A DNA stretch of 32,000 nucleotides from Geobacter metallireducens GS-15. Lineage in GTDB: Bacteria > Desulfobacterota > Desulfuromonadia > Geobacterales > Geobacteraceae. The stretch covers positions 3,150,001 to 3,182,000 of the forward strand of contig NC_007517.1 of assembly GCF_000012925.1 (NCBI RefSeq), in the 5' to 3' direction. Each line of letters starts with the position of its first letter. The first letter of the stretch is position 1. Shown in pieces: positions 17,886-29,273 of this stretch. The notes under the pieces were generated by a model. The model was given only the letters and a program-made list of their open reading frames with translations, was not told where the DNA came from and made no database searches. Made by a program: the position numbers and the translations under genes.

Positions 17886-18779
17886 TCACCTCCCGATCCA
17901 CGCGGCGCCGATGACGCCGGCCGAATCGCCGAGCCGGTTCCTGAGAATCGGCGTCCGGAGCGCGTCGTGGAATGCGTACCGGTGCACCCGCTCGACGCCG
18001 ATGGTATAGAGTTCGTCGATATTGGAGAGCCCGCCGCCAAGGACCACGGCATCAGGGTCGAGGATGGAGATGAGCCCCCCGAGGCAGCGGCCGAAGTCGT
18101 CCAGGAAGCGGTCGAAGGCGGCGGTGCAGCGGGGCTCTCCCTCACGGGCCAACCGGACGATTTCCTCCATGACAATCCCTTCACCATGGTCGGCACAAAA
18201 GGCCCGCTCCACGCCGGAGCCGCTTATCTTCGTCTCCACGCACCCCCGGTTGCCGCAGTAACAAGGGGCGCCGGCAGGGTCCACCGAGATGTGCCCCCAC
18301 TCGCCGGCGATCCGGTGGGGCCCCTCGCGCACCACGCCGTCGATACAGATACCGCCGCCGCAGCCGGTCCCCATGATGACGCCGAAGACGAGGCCGTACC
18401 CGCGGCCGGCCCCCATCCTGCACTCGGCCATGGTGAAGCAGTCGGCATCGTTTCGAAGCGCAACGGAGCACCCCAGGCGGGACTCCAGGTCCCCCTGGAG
18501 CGGCTTGCCGATGAGGCAGGTGGAGTTGGCATTGCGCACGAGCCCAGTGACCGGATCGACGGAGCCGGGAATGCCGATGCCGATGGTCCGGCGGGCACCC
18601 TCCGGAATCCGGCCGGCCGCCTCATCGACCAGCCCAGCCACGGCGGCGACGACCGCTTCGTACCCCATGACGGCCGGGGACGGAATCCGCCGCCGGGACT
18701 GCTCCTCCCCCTCGGGGCCGAGGAGCAGGGCCTCGATCTTGGTCCCCCCCAGGTCTATGCCGATGCGGTAAGGATTCAC
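17886..18779 (-). CDS. ROK-family sugar kinase (N-acetylglucosamine / fructokinase type)
   Basis: 297 aa with a GTG start and GGAGGAGG upstream. IGIDLGGTK, the ROK signature with zinc motif GEWGH...CYCGNRGCVE, and LGGGLS. Confidence 0.85.
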   Translation of the reverse strand: MNPYRIGIDLGGTKIEALLLGPEGEEQSRRRIPSPAVMGYEAVVAAVAGLVDEAAGRIPEGARRTIGIGIPGSVDPVTGLVRNANSTCLIGKPLQGDLESRLGCSVALRNDADCFTMAECRMGAGRGYGLVFGVIMGTGCGGGICIDGVVREGPHRIAGEWGHISVDPAGAPCYCGNRGCVETKISGSGVERAFCADHGEGIVMEEIVRLAREGEPRCTAAFDRFLDDFGRCLGGLISILDPDAVVLGGGLSNIDELYTIGVERVHRYAFHDALRTPILRNRLGDSAGVIGAAWIGR

Positions 18780-18851
18780 GGCGCCTCCTCCCCAGCGGTA
18801 AGCGGCGCCGGCCGCAGGGTCGCAGCCGCAAGGACGATCCAGCGCCTCATC

Positions 18852-19217
18852 CTACCCCCCTGCCCGCTTCACGGTGTAGCCCCACTTTGTCAGTTCCGCC
18901 ACCAGGAGATCGGCGTGGTCCCCCTGGATCTCGATGTTCCCCTCCTTCACCGTGCCGCCGGTGCCGCAGCGGCGCTTGAGCTCGCCGGCCAGGGCAGCGA
19001 TCCCGTCGCTCCCCAGGGGAACGCCAGTGATGACCGTCACGGTCTTGCCGCCACGCCCCTTGGACTCGCGCCGGACCCGGACGATGCCGTCGCCGGCCGG
19101 GCTCTTCTGCTGCTTTTTGCAGACGCACCCTGCCGCCGGCTTGCCGCAGCCGGGGCAGACCCTCCCGTGCTCCGATGACCAGACCAGGGGTGCGTCCGAG
19201 GATGATCCCTTTTTCAT
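18852..19217 (-). CDS. SUI1/YciH-family translation initiation factor-like protein
   Basis: 121 aa. CPGCGKP...C, then GGKTVTVITGV...LKRRCGTGGTVK...IEIQGDH, typical of the SUI1 family. Confidence 0.8.
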   Translation of the reverse strand: MKKGSSSDAPLVWSSEHGRVCPGCGKPAAGCVCKKQQKSPAGDGIVRVRRESKGRGGKTVTVITGVPLGSDGIAALAGELKRRCGTGGTVKEGNIEIQGDHADLLVAELTKWGYTVKRAGG

Positions 19218-19233
19218 GGCTCCTCCGTTGATA

Positions 19234-19668
19234 TCACACCTTCAGCAGCACCATCCCCGAGGCGGGGTCCAGCTCCCGGATGGCGGTCACTCCCCTGATC
19301 TCGGTGATGATCGCCTCCAGGACCAGGAACACCTCGGAGGCCTCCCGCAGGCAGCCGACCCGCACGGCATCCCCCTTGCCGTAGGCGCCATGGAAGTGGA
19401 CCTTCGGCCGGTCCCCCTCCCAGAAGATGGTGCCGAACCCCACCGCCTCGTGGCTTTCCTCAAGCCGGCGCCAGACCGGCACCGGCGGCAGCTCCTCGGC
19501 CTCCGGCCCTACCACGTAGCGTCCCCCCTTGAGGGCCCCCACGATATGAAAAGCGGCGGCGCGCAGCCCCTCCCGGCGGGCGATTTCCTCAAGCCCGGCC
19601 AGAACGTCCTCGCCGTGATCGAACCGGGCCACCACGATGCGCCCCGGAGTTCCTGTCTGATAGTTCAT
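19234..19668 (-). CDS. PPC (DUF296) domain protein
   Basis: 144 aa. The pattern GRIVVARFDHGEDVLAGLEEIARREGL...GFGTIF...HFHG resembles PPC/DUF296. Moderate recognition. Confidence 0.6.
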   Translation of the reverse strand: MNYQTGTPGRIVVARFDHGEDVLAGLEEIARREGLRAAAFHIVGALKGGRYVVGPEAEELPPVPVWRRLEESHEAVGFGTIFWEGDRPKVHFHGAYGKGDAVRVGCLREASEVFLVLEAIITEIRGVTAIRELDPASGMVLLKV

Positions 19669-19834
19669 GGGATATCTCTCCTTCCTCCATGCGTTGCCCT
19701 GACCATGAACGGGACGAAAGCCGTTGTCAAGAGCTGTGTCGCTCCCGTCGCCCGCAGGCAGATGAAGGGATTGCCATGAGCCCCGTCAGCCGGTACACTT
19801 GTGACCGGAAACCACCACCCGGGACAGGACAACA

Positions 19835-21646
19835 ATGGCCATCCAAGCGCCTCCCCCCATATCAACCACCCGCTTCCGGAATATCCTCGTCCGCGCAGGG
19901 TTGGCGCCTGCCGTGTTCCTCTGGATTCTGCTCGGCAGCGCTCTCCTCCTCCGCGCCGCGGAACCGGTGGAAACGGTGGTGGAAGGGGTTGAGGGGGAGG
20001 CCCTGGAAAACGTGAAGAAGGCCCTCGCCCTCCCCTACGGCCTCGTGCGGGACGGAAAAGTGGACACCCAGTGGCTGGAGCGCTTCGCGGGCCAGGCCCA
20101 GGAACGGGTCCGGTCGGCCCTGGAGCCCTTCGGCTACTACCGGGCGCGGATTACTACCTCCCTGGTGGAAACTCCGGAGGGGAACTACCGCCTCAAGGCC
20201 GACATCGACCCCGGCCCCCCGGTTATCGTCTCCAGCGTTCAGGTTACCCTGGCCGGCGCGGGGAGCGCCAACAAGACCCTGACGGGGCTGGCCGGCCAAT
20301 TCCCCCTCCATACCGGCGATCTCCTCGTCCAGCCCAACTACGAGGAGGCCAAGGGGGTCCTTCGCTCCAAGGCCCTGGCCCTCGGCTACCTGGATGCCGC
20401 ATTCTCCACCCACGAGATCCGCATCTCCCCCGACCGGACCAAGGCCGACATCCGGCTCGTCCTGGACACAGGCACCCTCTACCGCTTCGGCGAGGTGACC
20501 ATCACCGGGGCCCCCCGCTATCCCGACGAATTCCTCCGCCGCTACGTCACCATCAAGCCGGGCCGCCCCTTCTCCTACGCCAGGCTGGGCGAAACCCAGC
20601 TCAACTTCACCAATACCGAGCGTTTCGCCGAGGTGATCGTCACCCCCGACCGGGAACACGCCCACGACCACCAGGTCCCAGTGACCATCGCCCTCAAGCC
20701 CGGCCACACCCAGCGGCTGCAGCCGGGAATCGGCTACGGCTCCGACACCGGGGCCCGGGGTTCCCTCACCTATCGTCACCTGAACGTCCTGGGCCTGGGG
20801 CACGAGTTCCAATCCCAGCTCTATCTCTCGGAGCGCCTCCAGGGGATCGCCGCCAACTATATCATCCCGTCGCCCCGGGACACCCGGACCTACTCCGCGC
20901 TGCAGCTCAACCTTCAGAAGGAGGATGTGAGCACCTACATAAGCCGCCTTGCGGCCCTGGAAGGGAGCGTGAACCGGAGCATGGGAAGGGGAAAACTCGG
21001 CACCGTCTTCCTGCGGGTCCACCAGGAGGGGTTCACCATTGCCGGCGAGGACTCCAGCTCCCTCCTGGTCCTGCCGGGCATCCGCTACTCCGAGCACCGC
21101 TTCGACAACCTGGTCCGCCCCACCAGGGGGTATCGCTTCATGGTCGAGGGAAGCGGCACCCACCAGTACCTGGGGTCAGACACGGGGCTCATCCAGGTTC
21201 GGGCCGAGGGGAGCACCATCGTCCCGCTCCCCTGGCGCCTCTCCCTTCTCAGCCGGGTTGCAGGCGGTCTCACCTTCCTCAACGACCCCCTGGCCGAGTT
21301 GCCGGCATCGTTGCGGTTCTTCGCCGGCGGCGACCGGAGCGTGCGGGGCTACTCCTACAAATCCCTGGGGCCCCGGAACGCTTCGGGGGAAGTAATCGGC
21401 GGCAGGAACCTGCTTGAAGGGAGCATCGAACTCCAACGGGCCCTCTTCACCAACTGGGGGGTCTCCCTCTTCTACGACGCGGGGAACGCCTTCAACGACC
21501 TGACCAACATCCGCCTCTACCAGGGGGCGGGGTTCGGCATCCACTACTATACCCTCGTGGGCGCCATCAACCTCTACGTGGCCCGGCAAATCGGTGTTGA
21601 CAACCCGGCCTTCCGCATCCACCTGACCATAGGGTTCGAGCTGTGA
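19835..21646 (+). CDS. tamA: TamA / BamA-family outer-membrane protein of the translocation and assembly module
   Basis: 603 aa. Signal/TM segment, POTRA-like N-terminal repeats, and a C-terminal Omp85 beta-barrel (FFAGGDRSVRGY...GAGFGIHY...IGFEL). It overlaps and is followed by tamB. Confidence 0.8.
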   Translation: MAIQAPPPISTTRFRNILVRAGLAPAVFLWILLGSALLLRAAEPVETVVEGVEGEALENVKKALALPYGLVRDGKVDTQWLERFAGQAQERVRSALEPFGYYRARITTSLVETPEGNYRLKADIDPGPPVIVSSVQVTLAGAGSANKTLTGLAGQFPLHTGDLLVQPNYEEAKGVLRSKALALGYLDAAFSTHEIRISPDRTKADIRLVLDTGTLYRFGEVTITGAPRYPDEFLRRYVTIKPGRPFSYARLGETQLNFTNTERFAEVIVTPDREHAHDHQVPVTIALKPGHTQRLQPGIGYGSDTGARGSLTYRHLNVLGLGHEFQSQLYLSERLQGIAANYIIPSPRDTRTYSALQLNLQKEDVSTYISRLAALEGSVNRSMGRGKLGTVFLRVHQEGFTIAGEDSSSLLVLPGIRYSEHRFDNLVRPTRGYRFMVEGSGTHQYLGSDTGLIQVRAEGSTIVPLPWRLSLLSRVAGGLTFLNDPLAELPASLRFFAGGDRSVRGYSYKSLGPRNASGEVIGGRNLLEGSIELQRALFTNWGVSLFYDAGNAFNDLTNIRLYQGAGFGIHYYTLVGAINLYVARQIGVDNPAFRIHLTIGFEL

Positions 21647-24600
21647 AACGGGCCGTTGCCTACCTTCTCGTGGTGCTGATTCTGGGAGCCTTCCTGGCCG
21701 GAGGGATTGCCAGCCGCTGGCTCCTGGGGACTCCGGAGGGGGCCCGCTGGCTCCTGGCGGCCGCCTCCCGCCTCACCTCCCTGACCATCACGGCACGGCA
21801 GGTGGAAGGACGGGCGGGGCGCGACCTGCGCCTCGGGGGGGTACGCGTCGCATGGTCCACGGGGTATCTGGAAGCGGAGCGGCTCCGGTTCCGGTGGCAC
21901 CCCCTGCTCCTCCTCACCGGTACCGTGGCGGTGCGGGAGCTCTCCCTGGACCGGGTCATGATCCAGGACAACGCCCCTCCGAGCACCACCGCGCCGGATC
22001 TCGCCTGGCCCGTCGTCACCGGCATCGGTGCCCGCATCGACGGTTTCGTGGACGAGGTGGGGATCACGGGACTCCGCTACCGGCGCAGGACCGGGCCGAT
22101 GCAGGAGCTGGGGGATCTGTCCGCACGCGTCACCTGGCACGACCGGATCCTTACCGTGGGCAGGCTCTCCGTCAAGACCCCCGCCGGCACCATGGCTGGC
22201 CAGGTGACGGCGGCCTTTGAACGGCCGGCTCTCCGGGCCGACCTTATCGCTGCCACAGCTGATCCGATTGCCGGGTTCCGCCGCTTCACCCTGGCAACAC
22301 GGCTCACGCCAGCCCGCGCCCCGGAGCAGATGGCGGGGCCCCTCTCCCTCACCGCCACCGACGGGGCAAAGCGCTCCGCAACCCTGGCGGGGAAGGTGGG
22401 AATGACGCACTCCGGCTTCACCCTCCACGCTCTCCGCCTCGCCGAAGCGGGGAGGCGCGGCACCGTCACCGCCGACGGCTCCGTCACCCTCACGGCGAGC
22501 GACCCGGTGGCGGACCTGCGGGCCACGCTCGACGCCCTGGACCTGGCCCCGGAAACGGGAATCGCCACGAACCTCTCCGGCACCGTGGCCCTCGCCGGAA
22601 CCTGGCGGGACTACAAGGGACGCGTCGACCTGGCCAATGCCGGCAAGGCTTGGCGGGCCGCCCGGCTGGCCGCGGCGGTGAAGGGAACCGACACGGGAAT
22701 GGCGTTCTCCTCCCTGGCCGGGGACCTCCTGGGGGGGAAGGTGAACGGAGCCCTGAACCTCGGGTGGGACAAAGGGTTCGCCCTCTCCGGCTCCCTGCGG
22801 GGGCGGGGCCTCGACCCGGCGCGGATCACCCCCGGCTGGAACGGCACGGTAAACCTGGACCTGGCAGGGGGCGCCCGCTGGGCCGGCACCCCCCTCCCCA
22901 CGGGGACGGTGAACCTCACCCTGCGGGAGAGCCGCCTGCGGGGGTACCCCCTCACCGGCGCCCTGGACGCCCGCTCCGACGGCAGCGACCTGCAGATCAG
23001 GGAGCTTGCCCTCCACGGCAGGGGGTTCGACCTGGATGCCCAAGGGGCGCTCCGGGAGCGGATCAGCTTCACGGCCGCCATCACCGACCTGGGGGGGCTT
23101 GTCCCCGACACCCGGGGACGCCTCGCCCTCGAAGGGTGGACCCGCTACCGCAACGACCGGCTGGGGGGGAGCATCACGGGGACGGGAAAAGACCTGGGCA
23201 CCGGCACCGCAACCATTGCCGCCGCTGAGTTCTCGGCAAGCCTTGCCGATGACGCGGCGGGAGCCCTCGCCGCCCGCGTCCGCCTGACCGGGGTGAGTGC
23301 CGGAACGTTCCGGGCCGACACCGCCGCCATCACTGCGGCAGGCACCCTCCAACGCCACGTCGTCGACGGGGAGCTTCGCTCCGGCGAGTACTCCGCCGCC
23401 GCAACCTTCGCCGGCGGTTATGCCGACGGGAGCTGGCGCGGCCGGATTACCCGCCTCGCGGCCCGGGACCCTGCGGGACCGGTGCACCTCGCGGCCCCGG
23501 CAGACCTGGCCGTCACCCCCGCCTCCATCACCCTCTCCCCCCTCGTTCTTGCGGGCACCGGGGGCGAACGGCTGGAATTGGCGGCGGACCTGGGCCGCAA
23601 GACGCTTCTGGGTACCGTGCGGGGGAACTGGCATGAGCTGGACCTGGCCCACGCCGCCCCCTGGCTCCCCCGGGAGTACCACCTTGCGGGACGCCTCTCG
23701 GGGAACGCCACGGCCCACCTGCTGCCGGATGTCCGCATGGACCTTGCGGGGCGGGGAAGCCTGGCCGCCGGCTCCTTCCGGTGGGCCGGAACCGACGGCG
23801 AAATAACCGCCGCCGGCGCCCGGGCCGAATTCTCCCTCTCCTGGCGGGGTGGGCTCGGGGGAAGCGCCCGGCCCCGGCCCGATGACCGGCTGATATTCAC
23901 CGGCGACGCCACGGCCCAGGCTGCGGTTACGGCAGGAGGGCAGGAGATTGCCGTCCCGAAACTGGCCCTCGCCCTCCAGGGGGGACCGGAGGGGATGGAG
24001 GCGCGACTCGACCTGGGGAGCGCCGATGGCGGGACGCTGCAGGCCCGCTTCTCTTCCCGGGGGGCGGCCCGCTTTGCCGTGCCCGAGCGGGGCGAGTTCA
24101 CCGCTTCGTGGAAAGGGCTCGATCTGGCCCTGGCCCGGCCATGGCTTCCGAAGGGGGTGGACCTCTCGGGCCGCCTCGCCGGGGATGCCGGGGGAAGCCT
24201 CCTCCCCGGCGCCCGCATCGAGGCCCGGGGCACGGCAGCCATAAGCGAGGGGACCATCCGTCGGCACGACGGGGTGCGGGAGTACACGGCCCACCTGCGG
24301 CAGGCCGACGCCTCCTGGAACTGGCGCGACACGGCCCTGGCAGGGAATCTCTCCCTGACCCTCGCCGAGTATGGGGAGGCCAAGGGCACCTTCCGACTCC
24401 CCCTGGTTGCCCGGATCCCGACCACCCTCGATCCCCAGGGGGCGGTACAGGGCACCCTCGCCGGGGAATTCCGGGAGCGGGGCGTGCTCGCCCTCCTCTT
24501 CCCGGGACTGGTCCAGGAGAGCCACGGCACGCTCCGGCTCGACCTCGGCGTCGACGGCACCTGGCAGGCCCCCCGCCTCGGCGGCACCTTCGCCCTGGCC

Positions 24601-25776
24601 GATGCCGGCGCCTACCTTCCGCCGGCGGGGATCCGCCTCGACGGTGTCGCCCTCAACGGCCGCCTCGCCGGCAACGAGATCACCATCGAGTCCCTCAGGG
24701 CCAAGTCGGGTGCCGGCACCCTCACCGCCACCGCCGTGATCGGGCTTGACCGGTGGCGCGTTGCCAGCTACCGGGGAACCGTGACCGGCGACCGGTTCCA
24801 GACGGTCAACATCCCCGAGGTCCAGATGCTCGCCACCCCGAAGCTCACCTTCGAGGGGACTCCGGCCAAGGTGGCGGTCCGGGGGGAGATCACCGTCCCC
24901 GAGCTCCTCGTCACCGCAGCGGGGACCGGCGGCCCCGTCAAATCAAGCCCCGACGTGGTCCTGGAGGGCGCGCCCCCCCACGAAGAGACAGAGTTTCCCC
25001 TGGCCCTCGACATCAGGATCGGGGTGACCCTCGGCGACCGGGTGATCGTCAAGACAGAAGGAATCGATGCCCAGCTCGGCGGCAGCGTGGACCTGGCGAT
25101 CCTGGGCCCCGACCGGGTAACGAGCACCGGCGCCATCAGGGTAATCAAAGGGCACTACAGCACCTACGGGGTAAAGCTGGAGATCGTGCGGGGAAGGGTC
25201 TTCTACGCCGGGGGGCCCATCGACCGGCCGACCCTCGACTTTCTGGCGCTGCGCACCGAGGGGGACGTGAAGGCGGGGGTCACGGTGACCGGTACCGCGG
25301 ATCAGCCGGTGGTCAAGCTCTACTCGGAGCCGGCGATGCCCGACACGGAGATCCTCTCCTACATCGTCCTGGGGCGTCCCCTGAGCGGGGACCAGGGAGA
25401 TACCGGCCTCCTGATGAAGGCGGCCGGGGCGCTCCTGTCGGCGGGACAGTCGGTCTCCCTGCAGGACCAGTTGAGGCAGCGGATAGGAATCGACGTGCTC
25501 GACGTCTCCGGGGCAAAGGGGACGTCCTACGGAGGATACCGCAAGATTGCCGTCGCCCCCGGCGGTACGGCGGCATCAACGGCGGGAATCGGGGAAACGA
25601 TGGTGACGGTGGGGAAATATCTGACCCCCGATCTCTACCTGAGCTACGGGAGGTCCCTCTTCAGCGAGCGGAATCAGGTGGTCCTCCGCTACCGGCTCAT
25701 GAAACAGCTGGAGATCGAAACCCAGGCCGGCACCGAACTGGGGGCGGACATAACCTACCGGATCGACTTCGATTAA
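21643..25776 (+). CDS. tamB: TamB-like translocation and assembly module inner-membrane protein (DUF490 C-terminus)
   Basis: 1377 aa. GTG start overlaps the tamA stop (GTGA). N-terminal TM anchor, a long repetitive beta-rich body, and a C-terminal GKYLTPDLYLSYGRSLF...LRYRL motif typical of TamB/DUF490. Confidence 0.8.
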   Translation: MKRAVAYLLVVLILGAFLAGGIASRWLLGTPEGARWLLAAASRLTSLTITARQVEGRAGRDLRLGGVRVAWSTGYLEAERLRFRWHPLLLLTGTVAVRELSLDRVMIQDNAPPSTTAPDLAWPVVTGIGARIDGFVDEVGITGLRYRRRTGPMQELGDLSARVTWHDRILTVGRLSVKTPAGTMAGQVTAAFERPALRADLIAATADPIAGFRRFTLATRLTPARAPEQMAGPLSLTATDGAKRSATLAGKVGMTHSGFTLHALRLAEAGRRGTVTADGSVTLTASDPVADLRATLDALDLAPETGIATNLSGTVALAGTWRDYKGRVDLANAGKAWRAARLAAAVKGTDTGMAFSSLAGDLLGGKVNGALNLGWDKGFALSGSLRGRGLDPARITPGWNGTVNLDLAGGARWAGTPLPTGTVNLTLRESRLRGYPLTGALDARSDGSDLQIRELALHGRGFDLDAQGALRERISFTAAITDLGGLVPDTRGRLALEGWTRYRNDRLGGSITGTGKDLGTGTATIAAAEFSASLADDAAGALAARVRLTGVSAGTFRADTAAITAAGTLQRHVVDGELRSGEYSAAATFAGGYADGSWRGRITRLAARDPAGPVHLAAPADLAVTPASITLSPLVLAGTGGERLELAADLGRKTLLGTVRGNWHELDLAHAAPWLPREYHLAGRLSGNATAHLLPDVRMDLAGRGSLAAGSFRWAGTDGEITAAGARAEFSLSWRGGLGGSARPRPDDRLIFTGDATAQAAVTAGGQEIAVPKLALALQGGPEGMEARLDLGSADGGTLQARFSSRGAARFAVPERGEFTASWKGLDLALARPWLPKGVDLSGRLAGDAGGSLLPGARIEARGTAAISEGTIRRHDGVREYTAHLRQADASWNWRDTALAGNLSLTLAEYGEAKGTFRLPLVARIPTTLDPQGAVQGTLAGEFRERGVLALLFPGLVQESHGTLRLDLGVDGTWQAPRLGGTFALADAGAYLPPAGIRLDGVALNGRLAGNEITIESLRAKSGAGTLTATAVIGLDRWRVASYRGTVTGDRFQTVNIPEVQMLATPKLTFEGTPAKVAVRGEITVPELLVTAAGTGGPVKSSPDVVLEGAPPHEETEFPLALDIRIGVTLGDRVIVKTEGIDAQLGGSVDLAILGPDRVTSTGAIRVIKGHYSTYGVKLEIVRGRVFYAGGPIDRPTLDFLALRTEGDVKAGVTVTGTADQPVVKLYSEPAMPDTEILSYIVLGRPLSGDQGDTGLLMKAAGALLSAGQSVSLQDQLRQRIGIDVLDVSGAKGTSYGGYRKIAVAPGGTAASTAGIGETMVTVGKYLTPDLYLSYGRSLFSERNQVVLRYRLMKQLEIETQAGTELGADITYRIDFD

Positions 25777-25792
25777 CCGGGGAAAGGCCTGA

Positions 25793-27028
<1,236 letters not shown>

Positions 27029-27060
27029 TTTGTTGACTGAGAACACGGTTGCTCCGTGTT

Positions 27061-29250
27061 TCAAGTATTTTTTTCATCTTGGACGGTGAAGAAGAACGTT
27101 GCCCCCTTCCCCGGTGCGCTCTCGGCCCAGACCCGGCCGCCGTGCCGCTCGATGATCCGCTGGACCGTGGCGAGGCCGATGCCGGTCCCCTCGAATCCCT
27201 CGGCCGCGTGGAGACGATGGAAGGGAAGGAAGAGCTTGTCTGCGTACTGCATGTCGAACCCCACCCCGTTGTCCCTCACGTAGAAGGCCTGTTCCTCCCC
27301 GTCAGTGCGGGAGCCCACCTCGATGCGGGCAGCGGGATTGCGGGAGCTGAACTTCCATGCGTTATGGATGATGTTTGCCAGGACCGCCCCCAGCAGTGAC
27401 GGATCGCCCGTGGCCCGGAGTCCCGGCGCGATGACGAACTCCACCTTCCGCTCCGGCTGGCTCCGGGTGAGGTCGTCGGCGATCTCCCCGGCCAGGGTGG
27501 TCAGATCCACCGGAACCCGCCTCAGCTCGTCCCGGTTGACACGGGAGAGCTCCAACAGGTCGTCGATCAGCTCCCCCATGCGGTTGGCGGCACCGCCGAT
27601 CCGCTGGAGGTATTCTTTCCCCTCCTGGTCAAGCCGTTCGGCGTAATCCTGCTGGAGAATGGAGCTGAACCCATGGATTCCCCTGAGGGGGGTGCGGAGG
27701 TCATGGGACACCGTATAGCAAAAGGTTTCCATCTCCCGCAGGGATTGCTCCAGCTCCTCGGTCCGCTCTCTGACCCGCTGCTCAAGCTCGGCATTGAGGG
27801 TCCGGATCTGTTGCTCCGTCCGCTTCCGCTCGGTGATATCCCTCACCAGCTCGATGCCGGCAACAATCTCGCCAGTGGCATCCCGCAGCGGCGACGCGGA
27901 AATTGCCACATACTCCGCCCCCCCCCCCGAAGTGTTCCGGTTTTCCCGCATGTGAACCTTGTCGTCGGCGAAGCATTGGGCCACGGGACAGTCATCGCAA
28001 ACATGGTCGTTATGACGGTAGGCCTCGTAGCAGAATTTACCCACGTGGTTGCCGCCGGTAATCTTCCGGTGTTCCTCGTTCTGGTACAGTATGCGGAAGT
28101 TCCGGTCCTGGATGCTGATCCCCTCCCCAATGGCAGCAATGATGGCATCAGACTTCTCCCGCTCGTCCTCCGCCCGTGCAACAGCTCTCCGCAGCGACTC
28201 CTGCTTTTCCCTGAGGGCGCCCATCATGGTGTTGAAGGCGGTGGCAAGGGTGCCGATCTCGTCGTTTGACTCCACCGGCACCGTCCGCCCCCCCGCCTCG
28301 GGTTCGGCAGCCATTGCCTTGATATGGCCGGTCAGGTGCGAGAGGGGTGAAATCAGCCGCTGCATGGCATACCAGCTCACCAGGAGCATCAGGACGAGCC
28401 CCAGCACCATGGCGCTCACAAAATACCCCCGCGCCCGGTAGAGGGACGCATACGCCTCATCGAGGGGATAGACGGTCCCCAGAATCCAGTTGACGGAGCG
28501 AAGGTGTTTGTAAGAGGCAAGGACCTGAACCCCTCTGGCGTTCACCGTTTCGCCGCTCCCGTCAAATCCGGCCATGGCCCGGTCGAAGAGCGGATTGAGC
28601 CCTACCGGAACCGGCGTCATGATGCGCGACCTGTCCGGGTGTATGAGCCGTGTCCTGTTGCCGTCGATCACTACCGCATAGCCGCTCTTGCCGATGGTCA
28701 GTCGGCCCAGGTCCGTCAGGAAGTTCTCTCCCAGCAGATCCACATGGCCGGCCAGGATGGCGGTCATGCGCCCTTTGGCGTCAAAAAGCGGGAACGTCAG
28801 CATGACCGCCGGATGGCCCGGGGCATAGGTGGAAACAAACGGGGTGCTGATCTGGGGCTTTCCGGTCGCGACGGTCTTTTTGAAATAGTCCCGGAAGGAA
28901 TAATCACGTCCCCGGATCTCGAGCTTTTGGGGGCTTTCGGTGAGGAGCTTCCCCTCGGGGGAGAATACGATCAGGGCATCGAAGAGGAGATGGAGGGTGG
29001 TCTTGTCGTCAAGGGCCTGCTGGAGTTTCCCCTCATTCCGAAGCACATTCTCCGTCAGTTTGGGGGCAAACGCCTCCAGGGATTTCTGGGCGAAGAGGAT
29101 TTTGCTGTCCAGGTCATCGGCAAGGGACGAGAGGAGCGCCTCCTGGTGGGTGGAGATGCTCTCCTTGAATTTCTGCTGGAAGTAGGTGAGGGCGAAAAAT
29201 CCGGTCACCGAACCGAAACAGAGGAACAGGAGGGCGACTCCAACTGCCAT
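27061..29250 (-). CDS. sensor histidine kinase (Cache-like periplasmic domain, HAMP, PAS, HisKA, HATPase_c)
   Basis: ORF 27061..29688. Start at MAVGVALLFLCF (29250), or at the GTG at 29277, which overlaps the upstream stop as GTGA. Two TM segments flank a ~280-aa periplasmic domain. HAMP (NDEIGTLATAFNTM), H-box SHDLRTPLRGI, G-boxes DNGVGFD and GTGIGLA. Confidence 0.9.
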   Translation of the reverse strand: MAVGVALLFLCFGSVTGFFALTYFQQKFKESISTHQEALLSSLADDLDSKILFAQKSLEAFAPKLTENVLRNEGKLQQALDDKTTLHLLFDALIVFSPEGKLLTESPQKLEIRGRDYSFRDYFKKTVATGKPQISTPFVSTYAPGHPAVMLTFPLFDAKGRMTAILAGHVDLLGENFLTDLGRLTIGKSGYAVVIDGNRTRLIHPDRSRIMTPVPVGLNPLFDRAMAGFDGSGETVNARGVQVLASYKHLRSVNWILGTVYPLDEAYASLYRARGYFVSAMVLGLVLMLLVSWYAMQRLISPLSHLTGHIKAMAAEPEAGGRTVPVESNDEIGTLATAFNTMMGALREKQESLRRAVARAEDEREKSDAIIAAIGEGISIQDRNFRILYQNEEHRKITGGNHVGKFCYEAYRHNDHVCDDCPVAQCFADDKVHMRENRNTSGGGAEYVAISASPLRDATGEIVAGIELVRDITERKRTEQQIRTLNAELEQRVRERTEELEQSLREMETFCYTVSHDLRTPLRGIHGFSSILQQDYAERLDQEGKEYLQRIGGAANRMGELIDDLLELSRVNRDELRRVPVDLTTLAGEIADDLTRSQPERKVEFVIAPGLRATGDPSLLGAVLANIIHNAWKFSSRNPAARIEVGSRTDGEEQAFYVRDNGVGFDMQYADKLFLPFHRLHAAEGFEGTGIGLATVQRIIERHGGRVWAESAPGKGATFFFTVQDEKNT

Positions 29251-29273
29251 GCGGGTCTTGAGACTGAGTTGTG

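Noticed and set aside
17882-18196. Extended 298-aa form of the LOG-family ORF (17300..18196).
   Set aside because: The extension overlaps the 3' end of the ROK kinase gene in another frame and is Ser/Pro/Ala/Gly/Thr-rich with no recognisable motif. The canonical MKRICVFCGSS start at 17881 has a strong RBS.
21574-24525. 983-aa minus-strand ORF antisense to tamB. Similar long antisense or alternate-frame ORFs occur at 19862..21163, 20071..21417, 17880..19178, 4008..5426, 2159..3493, 973..1713, 23418..24587 and 24753..25796.
   Set aside because: These are typical stop-codon-poor shadow frames in very GC-rich coding DNA. Their translations are Arg/Pro/Gly/Ala-rich low-complexity strings with no motifs, and the opposite or other frame carries clear domain signatures.
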